Shown here one piece after another: positions 52,264 through 61,767 of a stretch of 64,000 nucleotides of DNA (positions are counted from its first letter, which is position 1; each line of letters begins with the position of its first letter). The stretch comes from Arenicellales bacterium. GTDB taxonomy: Bacteria > Pseudomonadota > Gammaproteobacteria > Arenicellales > JAJDZL01. Under the pieces are notes generated by a model, which worked only from the letters and a program-made list of their open reading frames with translations, was not told the DNA's origin and ran no database searches. The position numbers and the translations under genes are program-made. The stretch covers positions 2,353,221-2,417,220 of the forward strand of contig OZ243928.1 in assembly GCA_965213865.1 (NCBI GenBank), in the 5' to 3' direction.

Positions 52264-52518
52264 TCACCGCTTTTTGAGATCATCTGGAGTACTGACGACA
52301 GTGATAAAAAGCTGATTTTTTACGTTATAAACCGGATTGCCATCATGATCATATTCACCATCAAGCCTTTCAACATCTATGATAATAGGCTTGGCTTTCA
52401 GCACTGTGCCATCAGTCAAAGTAATGTCGCTCCAACGGTCGATGGATTGCTCAACTTCCACTATAGTCGCTGATTGCTTTTTACCATCTGATCCGAGTAT
52501 TTGAATGTTTTTTGTCAA
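52264..52518 (-). CDS. Hypothetical small protein (cassette gene A)
   Basis: 84 codons from a TTG start preceded by GGAGG at a 7-nt spacing. Predicted beta-rich (MTKNIQILGSDGKKQSATIVEVEQ...). Confidence 0.5.
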   Translation of the reverse strand: MTKNIQILGSDGKKQSATIVEVEQSIDRWSDITLTDGTVLKAKPIIIDVERLDGEYDHDGNPVYNVKNQLFITVVSTPDDLKKR

Positions 52519-53058
52519 GTTATAACCTCCACAACGAGGAATAAGTGGCAATTTCTAAAAAGTGGTGCATATTGATCTACAAGTTACAGATACCTGGCAA
52601 CTGCGCCTAATGCGAAATGCCGGAACGCTTCCCCGGCTTTTTCATTGTGTGCGCAGTGCTTTAAGCTGCACGGTTGCAACACACTTGAATTGGAATGTAA
52701 AAAATCTCGAAAGCGACGGTTGATTCTGGAACTGGCGGAGCTCAAAATCAGAAAATCATCTCAAGAGTATAGCATTCTGCAGTTCAGCATGAAAAAGATA
52801 CGATTCTTGTTCTTGTGCCAATTCAAATTGAAGCAGAAGCAAAAACATCCGATCTCCAGGCGAACCTGACTTGCGCCGAATGCGTTCAAAGTATAGGATT
52901 TCCTGATTCACCCTCATATACTGCTCTATTCTTCACTCGACTAACTGTTTTTTCCAAAATCACGCTGATTTCCGTTAACTGCAAAATTAGGGAATATTGC
53001 GGATATCGATCGATGAGTATACAGATGATGGCCGTTAAAAGTCTGTCTGCAACCTCGC

Positions 53059-53841
53059 TCAATACTGTTTCTGCACTGAGAATAAATCCAGATAGTTTTC
53101 TGTGGTTATCTCGGCAAGCTGCTCAAGCTCAAGGCCTTTGAGCGATGCTAAAAATTCAGCTGTGTGCCGGACATAAGCCGGCTGGTTCTGCCTGCCTCGC
53201 TTGGGCACCGGCGCCAGATAAGGCGAGTCGGTTTCAATCAGCATGTGCTCCATCGGAATTTTTCGGGCAACCTCTGCCAGATCAGCAGCATTCCTGAACG
53301 TCACAATGCCCGAGAACGAGATATAAAATCCTAAATCCATGGCCTGCCTCGCCATCTCATAGTCCCCCGTAAAACAGTGCATCACGCCGCCCGCGTCTTG
53401 CGCGCCACAGCGCCTGAGCAGCCCGATCGTATCTTCCGGCGCGTTCCGACTGTGAACGATGATCGGCTTGCCAACGGCTTTCGCCGCTTCAATGTGCCTT
53501 TCAAACCGATCGCGCTGCCAGCCAAGCTCTCCAGCGCTGCGGAAATAATCCAGACCCGTCTCCCCCACCGCAACAACTCGGTCATCTTTCGCTAAATCAA
53601 TCAGTCTCTCAACCGTCGGATCCGCGCCATCCAGAGTGTTCGGATGAACGCCGACCGATGCAGAAATCTGCTGATAGGCATCACTCAATGCAAGAATATT
53701 CGGAAAATCCTCCAGATTCACAGCGACACACAGCATATATGCAACGTCTGCCTGACGCGCCTGATCCAGCAGCTCATCCATTCGGCCGCACAGTTCCGGG
53801 AAGTCAATATGGCAGTGGCTGTCAGCAAGTCTCATAGCCAA
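53059..53841 (-). CDS. ycfH: TatD-family metal-dependent hydrolase
   Basis: Same motifs as copy A. It sits downstream of holB, as in E. coli ycfH. Confidence 0.9.
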   Translation of the reverse strand: MAMRLADSHCHIDFPELCGRMDELLDQARQADVAYMLCVAVNLEDFPNILALSDAYQQISASVGVHPNTLDGADPTVERLIDLAKDDRVVAVGETGLDYFRSAGELGWQRDRFERHIEAAKAVGKPIIVHSRNAPEDTIGLLRRCGAQDAGGVMHCFTGDYEMARQAMDLGFYISFSGIVTFRNAADLAEVARKIPMEHMLIETDSPYLAPVPKRGRQNQPAYVRHTAEFLASLKGLELEQLAEITTENYLDLFSVQKQY

Positions 53842-54059
53842 ATAATCTCATATGAACAATTGACAATCATGTTCTATTCATGTCGGATATGGAATATGGG
53901 ACTGCTCTTTTGCCAGCCCCTCAATGCGCAAGATGACATCTTCCAAGGCGAGCTGCTTATTCAGCGCGCCGTCCTTAAGACTCCATCTCAGCGTGCCGAT
54001 ATGGTCGTAAATCTCGTAAACCCTGCGAGGATCTAACTGCCTGGAAAGCGCAGCGATGG
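53066..54059. repeat. 994-bp direct repeat, copy B (native ycfH-holB junction)
   Basis: See copy A. This copy is contiguous with the intact holB. Confidence 0.9.
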
Positions 54060-54972
54060 TCTCGCTATGCTGAGTTGCCTGCGCAAAGAATGATGCATTG
54101 CAGCGGCATGAGATAATCTCGTAAATCAATCTCTGCAATGCCGCCAAGCACTCGCTGTCGCCCAGCTTCAAGCCTTCGCTGGCGATCTCCAGTGCATTGC
54201 TGTCCGACTTGCCCGCCATCATGCTGACTACATTGGAGATGAATTGCCGGGATTCCAGCAGAACCTTGTCCCCCAATTGCCGGATGCCTGCCAGCGGCGC
54301 GCAGCCGCTGGCCAAAATAGCTTCAGCAGCGGCAGAAGGTACATGCTGCGTTGCGAGCCAATCTGTTGCTTCCTGTCGCGTTGGACTGCGCAGGCGAACG
54401 CGCTGACAGCGACTGACGATAGTCGGCAGCAGATTTTGAGAGTTGTGCGAGACCAATAGCAGGTAGTTGTTCTCAGCAGGCTCTTCGAGAATCTTTAGCA
54501 ATGAGTTCGAGGCATTGGTGTTCATCGCTTCAGCCGGGGCGATCACGAAAACTTTGTTTCTTGAAATATGCGAATTTGAGTACGCCTGCTCAATCAACGC
54601 TCGAATCTGGTCAATTAAAATTATGGAGCGCACCGTTTTTCGCTTGGCACGGGTTTTCGAATCGTCAAGAAAACGCTCGGCATAAGCCTGCATCGCCGAA
54701 TCCATATGCGTCAGCATTGCCTCAGAAACGATTAGATGAAAGTCCGGGTGATTGGATCCGGTGAACAAACTGCAGTTCATGCATCGGCCGCAAGGCTCTC
54801 CATCGGCGCGCTCGCACAAGAGTCTCGCAGCCAATCGAAAAGCGAAGTGCATTTTGCCAATTCCGAGACTGCCGGAAAACATGAGTGCATGCGGCATTCG
54901 CACTGCATTTTTCTGCAGCACTCCCCAGGCCTGTGCATGCCAGGGCAGAATTTCAGGAATTTGATTTGCCAT
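53878..54972 (-). CDS. holB: DNA polymerase III delta' subunit
   Basis: PHALMFSGSLGIGK P-loop-like motif, the zinc module CERADGEPCGRCMNC, and SRCQ. Confidence 0.9.
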   Translation of the reverse strand: MANQIPEILPWHAQAWGVLQKNAVRMPHALMFSGSLGIGKMHFAFRLAARLLCERADGEPCGRCMNCSLFTGSNHPDFHLIVSEAMLTHMDSAMQAYAERFLDDSKTRAKRKTVRSIILIDQIRALIEQAYSNSHISRNKVFVIAPAEAMNTNASNSLLKILEEPAENNYLLLVSHNSQNLLPTIVSRCQRVRLRSPTRQEATDWLATQHVPSAAAEAILASGCAPLAGIRQLGDKVLLESRQFISNVVSMMAGKSDSNALEIASEGLKLGDSECLAALQRLIYEIISCRCNASFFAQATQHSETIAALSRQLDPRRVYEIYDHIGTLRWSLKDGALNKQLALEDVILRIEGLAKEQSHIPYPT

Positions 54973-55615
54973 TCATAAAGTTCAGATAATTTTCGATCAG
55001 GCAGCAAGCCTTCTCTATGACTTGCGCTTTCGTCTGCTCGCCGTCGATGCGCTTGATGCGTTCAGGCTCTGCGTCCATTAATGCATGATATGCCTGCCTC
55101 ACTCGCATATAAAATTTTTCTGTCTCAGTCTCGATTCGGTCAAGTTCTGAATCAGCTCGACCGATTGATCGGGCCGCAGCAGTTTCAGTGCTGGTGTCCA
55201 CAAATATCGTCAAGTCCGGGCGCATATCGCCTTGAGCCCATTGCTCAATGATGCCGACTTTTTCAAACCCGACACCTCGCCCGCCGCCTTGATAGGCATA
55301 GGTTGCGTCAGTGAAGCGATCGCACAAAACCCATGCGCCCGCATTGATTTCGGGGAGGATCACTTCATGCAGGTGCTGAATCCGAGAGGCAAACACCATT
55401 AGAATCTCTGCTTGCGGCGCGATATTCATGTCTTTTGACAGGAAAAGAGATCGCAAGGCCTCGCCGAGCCGTGTTCCACCCGGCTCACGCGTCCGCACGA
55501 CTCTGCGACCGTGCGCTTCAATGGTTCGGATCACTGCGTCAAAAACGGCTGTCTTCCCGGCACCGTCAATGCCTTCAATTGTGATGAATTTACCCAAGTC
55601 CTGGATTGTGCTCAT
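54953..55615 (-). CDS. tmk: Thymidylate kinase
   Basis: FITIEGIDGAGKT P-loop, plus DRF and REPGGT motifs. The start is set at the internal ATG (MSTIQD). Confidence 0.9.
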   Translation of the reverse strand: MSTIQDLGKFITIEGIDGAGKTAVFDAVIRTIEAHGRRVVRTREPGGTRLGEALRSLFLSKDMNIAPQAEILMVFASRIQHLHEVILPEINAGAWVLCDRFTDATYAYQGGGRGVGFEKVGIIEQWAQGDMRPDLTIFVDTSTETAAARSIGRADSELDRIETETEKFYMRVRQAYHALMDAEPERIKRIDGEQTKAQVIEKACCLIENYLNFMNGKSNS

Positions 55616-55666
55616 CGCTGTGCATCCACACCAAACGCTTGTCAATATCTGCGTCCGCTGCCAGGA

Positions 55667-56764
55667 TCATTGTGACCGTCGGCGGTATTCACGAACAGCT
55701 TCGATGTGCTCATCAAGAGTTCTCGAAAACCTGTGTGTTCCATCGCCGCGAGCGACGAAATAAAGCGCATCGGTTTCAGTCGGCTGTGTCGCGGCGCGAA
55801 TCGCCATCAATCCTGGCATCGCAATCGGTGTCGGCGGCAGCCCATGGCGTGTGTAAGTGTTGTATGGTGTGTCGGTGTCAAGTTCTGCGCGCAAAAGGGT
55901 GCCGTCAAAGTCATCCAAACCGTAAATGACCGTAGGGTCCATCTGCAATCGCATGCCTTTGCGCAGCCGGTTGACAATCACACCGCCGATAATCGGATAT
56001 TCTGAAGGCACACCTGTCTCTTTTTCGATTATTGAGGCGGCGATCAAGGCTTCGTAGGGGGTGTCATAAGGCAAGCTTGATGCTCGATTGTCCCACTGCT
56101 CATGAAGTTTTTTATGCATCGCGTCGTACGCGCTTTTCAAAATATCGGCATCTGATTGACCAGCAACGTAAAAGTAGGTATCCGGGAAGAACCAGCCTTC
56201 AGGATGCGACTCTGGAATGCCCAAAGTCTGCATGATGTCCTCATCCGGCACCTGACTCAAGGTCAGTTCCAGATTCGGCTTGGTTTGAAGCTCATCAAGG
56301 TAGTCTCGAAAAGTCCAGCCCTCAATAAATCGAATCGGTTTTGGAACTGAAACGCCTTCAACGACATGATCAAGCACTTCCAAGACACTGAAGTGCGGCA
56401 TGAACTGATATTCACCCGCTTTCAGATGACGGTCATAATTTCCCAATCGAGCCGCCAGTACGAGCGGTGCAGTATGGGCGATCACCCCGCTGTCTGCCAG
56501 CTCTTTTGCCAGATCCAGCGCATTGCTTCCAGGCTCAAGCGTATAGATTTCTGACTCAGATATATGCAGCGGCCGCAGAAACAGGTATGCCAGAATCAAT
56601 GCCAGCACGAACATCATCAGTGACACCGACTGAATGCATCGCAGAAAATACCTTGGTTTCCGTTTTGTCTTGATCATTGCTGCCTGCTGTGCCAGAGTGC
56701 CAGCGAGTCCATTGCGGGTGAATTTTCCACCAAGGGCAGGAACGCTCTGCCGCTTATCGTTCAA
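55667..56764 (-). CDS. mltG: Endolytic murein transglycosylase MltG (YceG)
   Basis: One TM helix followed by a YceG-like domain (ASIIEKET, NTYTRHGLPPTPI). Confidence 0.9.
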   Translation of the reverse strand: MNDKRQSVPALGGKFTRNGLAGTLAQQAAMIKTKRKPRYFLRCIQSVSLMMFVLALILAYLFLRPLHISESEIYTLEPGSNALDLAKELADSGVIAHTAPLVLAARLGNYDRHLKAGEYQFMPHFSVLEVLDHVVEGVSVPKPIRFIEGWTFRDYLDELQTKPNLELTLSQVPDEDIMQTLGIPESHPEGWFFPDTYFYVAGQSDADILKSAYDAMHKKLHEQWDNRASSLPYDTPYEALIAASIIEKETGVPSEYPIIGGVIVNRLRKGMRLQMDPTVIYGLDDFDGTLLRAELDTDTPYNTYTRHGLPPTPIAMPGLMAIRAATQPTETDALYFVARGDGTHRFSRTLDEHIEAVREYRRRSQ

Positions 56765-58006
56765 TCAATTGAATTGCTTGAACGCTACAGTTCCGTTGGT
56801 TCCGCCAAACCCAAAAGAATTTGAGATGGCATTTCGGATGCGCAATTCGCGAGCGCCATCGGCGATATAGTCCAGATCGCAGCCTTCGCCCGGCTCTTCG
56901 AGATTAATGGTCGGCGGCGCAACCTGGTGATGGATTGCCAGAACCGTATAGATCGCCTCAACACCGCCGGCGGCGCCCAGAAGATGTCCGATCATGGACT
57001 TCGATGAGCTCAGCGCAAGCTCGCCGGCATGACTCTTGAATACTTCTTTGACCGCCAGTGTTTCAGCCAGATCGCCAAGCGGTGTTGAGGTGCCATGCGC
57101 ATTAATGTAGTCAACTTCATCGGTGTTCACGCCGCCGTCGCGCAACGCATTGGTCATGCAGCGCCGCGCTCCGTCGCCCCCTGGAGCGGGACTCGTCATA
57201 TGGTACGCATCACTGCTGAGTCCGAACCCCGTCACTTCCGCGTAAATTCGAGCCCGTCGCTTCTTGGCAAATTCCAGTTCCTCGAGCACCAGCAAACCAG
57301 CGCCCTCCCCCATCACAAATCCATCTCGCTCCTTATCCCACGGTCGACTTGCACCCTCCGGGTCATCGTTGCGGCGGCTTAAAGCTTTAGCGTTCGCGAA
57401 TCCGCCGACCGAGGTCGGCGTAATTGCCGCCTCAGTACCGCCGGCAACCATGGCATCGGCATCACCTTGCCGAATCAGACGCGCAGCATCCCCAATCGCA
57501 TGCGTCCCCGTTGAGCAGGCGGTGGTAACCGCCAGATTGGGTCCGCGAAAACCGTGCGCAATGGAGAGATGTCCAGCTGCCATGTTGACGATAGACATGG
57601 GGATATAGAAAGGCGATATGCGTCGCACACCCCGCTCATGATGGGTAATGGTGGTGGTCTCAATAGTGGTTACACCGCCAATCCCTGCACCGACGTAAAC
57701 GCCTATGTTGTCGGCATTGCTATCATTGGCCTCCAGGCCTGCATCCGCTATGGCCTCGTTGCCGGCAACCATGCAGAACTGAATAAACCGATCCATATGG
57801 CGCGCCTGTTTGCCAGGCAGATGTGCAGCGGGATCGAAATCATCAACTTCTGCCGCAATGTCAACCGGAAAATCGGAGGTATCGAACAGGGTTATTTTTC
57901 CAACACCGCTCCTACCGGCTGTGATGTTTCGCCAATTCGCTTGAACACCATTGCCAATCGGTGAAATAATGCCAAGCCCAGTTACGACTACGCGTCGGGA
58001 ATGCAT
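56765..58006 (-). CDS. fabF: 3-oxoacyl-ACP synthase II
   Basis: RRVVVTGLG, active-site ACSTG, and HGTSTPLGD...GHLLGAAG. Confidence 0.95.
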   Translation of the reverse strand: MHSRRVVVTGLGIISPIGNGVQANWRNITAGRSGVGKITLFDTSDFPVDIAAEVDDFDPAAHLPGKQARHMDRFIQFCMVAGNEAIADAGLEANDSNADNIGVYVGAGIGGVTTIETTTITHHERGVRRISPFYIPMSIVNMAAGHLSIAHGFRGPNLAVTTACSTGTHAIGDAARLIRQGDADAMVAGGTEAAITPTSVGGFANAKALSRRNDDPEGASRPWDKERDGFVMGEGAGLLVLEELEFAKKRRARIYAEVTGFGLSSDAYHMTSPAPGGDGARRCMTNALRDGGVNTDEVDYINAHGTSTPLGDLAETLAVKEVFKSHAGELALSSSKSMIGHLLGAAGGVEAIYTVLAIHHQVAPPTINLEEPGEGCDLDYIADGARELRIRNAISNSFGFGGTNGTVAFKQFN

Positions 58007-58084
58007 TGCTACTTCTGTATTGATGCCAATCGGGCGCAGATGCACTCGAAGCCGGGCATGACCGCGCCGGGTGTAAAACTCACT

Positions 58085-58342
58085 TTACGAAGCTTGCTCA
58101 ATGTAGTCGACCGCCTCACCGACGGTCGTAATCGTTTCGGCAACCTCATCTGCGATTTCCAGGTCAAATTCCTCTTCGAGCGCCATCACAAGCTCGACGG
58201 TATCCAGCGAATCCGCATCCAGGTCATTGACGAAAGATGTGTCTCTGCTCACTTCCGGAGCGGGCTGCTTGTCACCGCACAATTGATCAATCACAAGGCT
58301 GATGACGCGCTCCTCAATGGTCCCCTCGTTTTTTTCGTTCAT
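58085..58342 (-). CDS. acpP: Acyl carrier protein
   Basis: [20 protein letters not shown] phosphopantetheine-attachment motif. Confidence 0.95.
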   Translation of the reverse strand: MNEKNEGTIEERVISLVIDQLCGDKQPAPEVSRDTSFVNDLDADSLDTVELVMALEEEFDLEIADEVAETITTVGEAVDYIEQAS

Positions 58343-58440
58343 CGGTTGATTTCCTCCAAAATTGCAAAAATTATTTGAATATTTATGTTACCACGAAGTA
58401 ACGCAAATCGTATGACTGTGATAAAAATATTTGCCTGCCT

Positions 58441-59187
58441 TCAGCGGCGGCTCATGCCGCCGTCCACAAACAGTGTGGTGCCGGTGATGTATCCGCTCAA
58501 TGGCGAGGCGAGAAAGACCGCTGCATTGGCGACATCAACCGGTGTTCCCATGCGTCCCGCCGGAATCTGGCTGAGCAAATGCTCGCTCACTTTGGCATCC
58601 AGCTCACTGGTCATATCCGTCTCAATGAAGCCCGGAGCAATTGTATTGACAGTGATATTGCGGGATGCCGTCTCCATCGCCAGTGATTTCGAAAAGCCCA
58701 TGATACCCGCTTTAGCAGCCGCATAGTGCGCTTGACCGATGTTGCCGAAGGCGCCGACAACGGACGAAATATTAATAATTCTGCCATGCCGGTTCTTGAG
58801 CATGCCGCGCAGGCACGCTTTGCTCAGTCGATAAATTGAGCTTAAATTGGTCTCAATAATCTGCTCCCACTCTGAGTCTTTCATGCGCATCAGCAGGCTG
58901 TTTCTGGATATCCCTGCATTGTTGACCAATACGCTGACCGCACCGAATTCATCACTGATGTGTCCAACACACTGCGTCACACTGCCGCCGTCATTCACAT
59001 CCAGACACAGCCCTTTGCCTTTGGCAGAGATCTCGCTCAGCGCCGCACTGATAGCCGTCGCTCCCGCAAGTGTGGTTGCCGTGCCGATCACCGTTGCCCC
59101 TTGCCTTGCCAGCCGGTGAGCAACCGCTTTTCCAATGCCGCGTGTGGCGCCTGTTACCAGGCATATTTCATTTCTTAACAAATCCAT
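58441..59187 (-). CDS. fabG: 3-oxoacyl-ACP reductase
   Basis: TGATRGIG, NNAGI, and YAAAKAG motifs. It lies between fabH and acpP. Confidence 0.95.
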   Translation of the reverse strand: MDLLRNEICLVTGATRGIGKAVAHRLARQGATVIGTATTLAGATAISAALSEISAKGKGLCLDVNDGGSVTQCVGHISDEFGAVSVLVNNAGISRNSLLMRMKDSEWEQIIETNLSSIYRLSKACLRGMLKNRHGRIINISSVVGAFGNIGQAHYAAAKAGIMGFSKSLAMETASRNITVNTIAPGFIETDMTSELDAKVSEHLLSQIPAGRMGTPVDVANAAVFLASPLSGYITGTTLFVDGGMSRR

Positions 59188-59203
59188 GATTTTTGCATTT
59201 CTA

Positions 59204-60172
59204 TCAGTAAGTCAGCAGAGCAGCTCCCCAGGTAAAACCGCCGCCAAAGCCTTCAATCAGTATTTTATGACCAGGCTGAATGCGACCATCCCTGACCGCT
59301 GCGTCAAAAGCCAAGGGTATGGATGCGGCTGACGTGTTGCCGTGATGAGTGACAGTGACCACCACCTTTTCCATCGGGACATTGAGCCGTTTTGCAGTCG
59401 CTGCAATGATTCGCATGTTGGCCTGATGCGGGATGAGCCAGTCAATGTCTTCAACTGAGATGCCGTTGGCTTGCATTGTCTCTTCGGCGACATGGCTCAG
59501 GCATCTGACTGCGATTCGGAACACTTCCCCGCCCTGCATTTGGGTATAGGCGGCGCCATTGACAACTCGATCAAAATTCTGGGAAACACCAACGGGCACA
59601 CTCAGCAAGTCTTTGTACTGGCCGTCCGCATGCAGATGGCTCGAATGAATGCCGGGGCTTTCCGATTTCTCAACCACCATCACGCCAGCCCCATCGCCGA
59701 ACAGCACACAGGTCGTACGATCGTTCCAGTCGATAATGCGCGAGAAAGTCTCAGCCCCGACCACCAGCGCTTTCGTCGCGCTGCCGGTTCGTATGAATTT
59801 ATCGGCAATATCCAATGCGTACATAAAGCCTGCGCACACAGCCTGGATGTCAAAAGCTGGGAATCCTCCAATACCCAGGCGCTGCTGCAAAAGACAGGCT
59901 GAGCTTGGAAAGATCTGGTCGGCAGTTGTTGTTGCCATGACAATCAGGTCAATATCAAGCGGGTTGACGTTGTAAGTCTCAAAGGCGTTGATGGTCGCGC
60001 GCTCAGCCAAATCACAAGTGGATTCATCTGCCGCAGCGATATAGCGAGTCTCAATGCCAGTCCGATTGATAATCCATTCATGCGAAGTTTCCACAGATTG
60101 CGCCAAATCGTCATTGGATACGCAGTTCTCAGGAAGATAACTGCCGGTTGCGCATACTCGGGCGTACGTCAC
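59204..60172 (-). CDS. fabH: 3-oxoacyl-ACP synthase III
   Basis: AVCAGF active-site Cys, HQANMRI, and GNTSAASIP. Confidence 0.95.
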   Translation of the reverse strand: MTYARVCATGSYLPENCVSNDDLAQSVETSHEWIINRTGIETRYIAAADESTCDLAERATINAFETYNVNPLDIDLIVMATTTADQIFPSSACLLQQRLGIGGFPAFDIQAVCAGFMYALDIADKFIRTGSATKALVVGAETFSRIIDWNDRTTCVLFGDGAGVMVVEKSESPGIHSSHLHADGQYKDLLSVPVGVSQNFDRVVNGAAYTQMQGGEVFRIAVRCLSHVAEETMQANGISVEDIDWLIPHQANMRIIAATAKRLNVPMEKVVVTVTHHGNTSAASIPLAFDAAVRDGRIQPGHKILIEGFGGGFTWGAALLTY

Positions 60173-61185
60173 GCGCGGATCTCCGCGGACAGATTGACAT
60201 GCCGGTTGATGCGTACTGGAATGTCATGCTTGACTTCAAGCTCAGCTTGCTTCAGCGCATAGAAAAACGCTACGGCATCAGCCGAGCCATGACTTTTGAT
60301 CACAGTGCCCTGCAGCCCGATCAATCCAGCGCCATTGAAAACGCGGGGGTCGATGCGGGCTTTAACCTGCCTCAGCGCTGGCATGATCGCTGCGGCCGTC
60401 AATTTTCTCCACAGATTGCGCTGCAGCTCCTCAGACAGGGCTCTCTGAATAAACTTGGAGACCCCAGCGCTGGTCTTGATGGCGATATTGCCTGAAAACC
60501 CGTCACAAACAATCACATCACAATGGCTGGAAAAAATTGCATCCCCTTCAATATAGCCATGATAATTCAATGCGCTGCCCTGAAACAATTTAGCGGCGCC
60601 TTTGATAACCTGATTGCCTTTAATGTCTTCAACGCCAATATTCAACAAGCGGATCACTGGATCAGGCTGCTTTCCCATGCAGGCGGCATAGGTGCTGCCC
60701 ATGATGCCGAATTGAAACAAATCTTCGGCGGTGCACTCCGCATTGGCGCCCAAATCAAGCAAATGCACATGGCCGTCGACGGTTGGAATCTGACCGATAA
60801 TGGCGGGGCGGTGAACTCCCGGCAGCGGGCGAAGTACAATCAATGCAATTGCCATCAGAGCGCCGGTGTTGCCTGCGCTTACGCAGGCCTTAGCTTCGCC
60901 GTTTTTCAGCAGATCCAGTGCAATCCGCATCGATGACTGCCTCTTTCGCCGCAGCGCATGCGCTGGCGACTCATTCATCTCGACGACTTCAGGGGCGTGA
61001 ACAACTTGAACCTGATCGGCACGACCTGTTCTGTCCATTGCCAGCTGCTCATTGATTTTTGGCTTATCGCCAATTAAGATGAAATTGACATCCTGGGCTT
61101 CGCCGATCGCTGACAGCGTGCCTGGTACGGTAACGCTTGGGCCGTAATCGCCGCCCATCGCATCGACAGCAATGGAATTCGTCAT
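60169..61185 (-). CDS. plsX: Phosphate acyltransferase
   Basis: IAVDAMGGDYGP N-terminus, and GNTGALMA. Confidence 0.95.
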   Translation of the reverse strand: MTNSIAVDAMGGDYGPSVTVPGTLSAIGEAQDVNFILIGDKPKINEQLAMDRTGRADQVQVVHAPEVVEMNESPAHALRRKRQSSMRIALDLLKNGEAKACVSAGNTGALMAIALIVLRPLPGVHRPAIIGQIPTVDGHVHLLDLGANAECTAEDLFQFGIMGSTYAACMGKQPDPVIRLLNIGVEDIKGNQVIKGAAKLFQGSALNYHGYIEGDAIFSSHCDVIVCDGFSGNIAIKTSAGVSKFIQRALSEELQRNLWRKLTAAAIMPALRQVKARIDPRVFNGAGLIGLQGTVIKSHGSADAVAFFYALKQAELEVKHDIPVRINRHVNLSAEIRA

Positions 61186-61262
61186 GCGCTGCTAGGTGAG
61201 ACTCACTCAAAGCACCTCGCACGCAACTTTGCACTGATGCGAAGAGTGCTGGCGTACTTGAT

Positions 61263-61463
61263 CTATTCTTGTTCAGCCGGCTCTTTTTCTGGCTTCTCGG
61301 GAATGACTCGCTTGCCGCGATAGTAGCCATATTCCGAAATATGATGCCGGCGATGAACCTCTCCGGTCTCAGGTTCGATTGAAAGAGCCGGGTTCTTCAG
61401 CGCATTATGAGAGCGCCGCTTGCCGCGCATGGATTGAGACTTTTTTCTCTGCTGAACAGCCAC
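61263..61463 (-). CDS. rpmF: 50S ribosomal protein L32
   Basis: [20 protein letters not shown]-terminus. Confidence 0.95.
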   Translation of the reverse strand: MAVQQRKKSQSMRGKRRSHNALKNPALSIEPETGEVHRRHHISEYGYYRGKRVIPEKPEKEPAEQE

Positions 61464-61767
61464 AATGAATCCTCATAAAGATAATTGGTTATGTCATGCG
61501 GGTGGATTTTTTGACAGTTGATCGAGGCTGTCTGCATGTTTCAGGAGCATTTCAAATTCTGAACCGGGCGCCCTCTGTCAAAAGGCGCAAATCAATTCGT
61601 CCAGCTCGCCTCTGCTGGCAAGCAAAACGAATGTGACTTGATAAGACCGTGCCGGTCAGCCCCGTCAAGGCACGGAATTTTACCAAATTCTGCTCAGACA
61701 AGTACAATAGGTGCACACTGTGTCCTTCTCTTTTCGATCATTTACAGCGATGGGAACAGAATGATAA

